Shown here piece after piece: positions 63,469 to 64,000 of a DNA stretch of 64,000 nt (its first letter is position 1; each line of letters begins with the position of its first letter). The notes under the pieces are model-generated. The model was given only the letters and a program-made list of their open reading frames with translations, ran no database searches and was not told where the DNA came from. Both the position numbers and the translations under genes were made by a program. This stretch comes from Perna viridis (lineage: Eukaryota): positions 37,351,586 through 37,415,585 of the forward strand of contig CM074518.1 in NCBI GenBank assembly GCA_037379345.1, given 5' to 3'.

Positions 63469-64000
63469 TTGACTCTATTAAGTAATACACTTTCTAAAAT
63501 CTATACTCGGAAATCAGTTACAAAATCATCATTCTTTCTGTTACACTTGTAAGAGTACCGTACAGGTTTTCATACCGATGGGTAAAGAAAACTGTGAGTA
63601 GATCGAATAGAAGGAAATGATGAATGCGGGTGTTTAAGACACTAAAAACATGGGTCATTATGAAAAAAGCGTTTCAGAGATATTTGAAAAGTCTTATTAT
63701 GTGAAAACTCACATAAACTGATTCAATGTCCCTGTTCATTAAAAGGAAGGGGCTTCCTGTACTCAAGTTCAGGACGGTTTACTTGGCGGATAATGACCAT
63801 AGGCAAGACTGTATATGATCTTCACATATGACATGGCATTTCAATTAAAAACAAATTGTATGTTTTTTTTATCTTAACCTTGAAACTATAAAATGTTCAT
63901 TTCTTAAAAAGGTTATTTAGTTTTCATAAGATGAAGGTTTAAATTAATGTATATGTATAAATAAACATAATTTCAACCTTTCACACTGAGATAATTTAAA

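Noticed and set aside
63752-63770. CCTGTACTCAAGTTCAGG twister P4/L4 look-alike
   Set aside because: No matching P2/T1/T2 partners found nearby.

Overview
AT-rich, intron-containing animal genomic DNA with two N-gaps. The repeat content suggests a bivalve mollusc, probably mussel-like (inference from repeat families). It contains two minus-strand protein-coding genes in tandem. (1) A ~2573-aa predicted nuclear protein is assembled from four coding exons (39082-38666, 36611-36408, 34304-34257, 31766-24714, all joined in phase 0). It has three dispersed C2HC zinc fingers, Ser-Pro-rich tandem repeats and a 7-kb terminal exon. (2) The first coding exon of a liprin-beta (PPFIBP-like) gene lies at 2389-2314, missed by the ORF track, with candidate 5' UTR exons and a promoter up to ~17.5 kb. 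The remainder is repeat-rich: Naiad-type Penelope-like retroelement fragments, a decayed RTEX-like LINE, RTE fragments, a structured Nin/Deu-domain retroposon, seven copies of a TTAA-flanked MITE, other MITEs and an exact 367-bp tandem duplication. The best novelty candidates are cis-acting RNA structures. The strongest is a GC-rich island at 48.9-49.4 kb of two diverged ~235-nt units with compensatory base changes, G-U wobbles and GNRA loops on the minus strand. Others are a three-way junction in the Naiad 3' UTR and a compact pseudoknot-like head on the retroposon. A TA>TACATGTA change inside one MITE copy is a directly readable Tc1/mariner-type excision footprint. No CRISPR array or prokaryotic system is supported.
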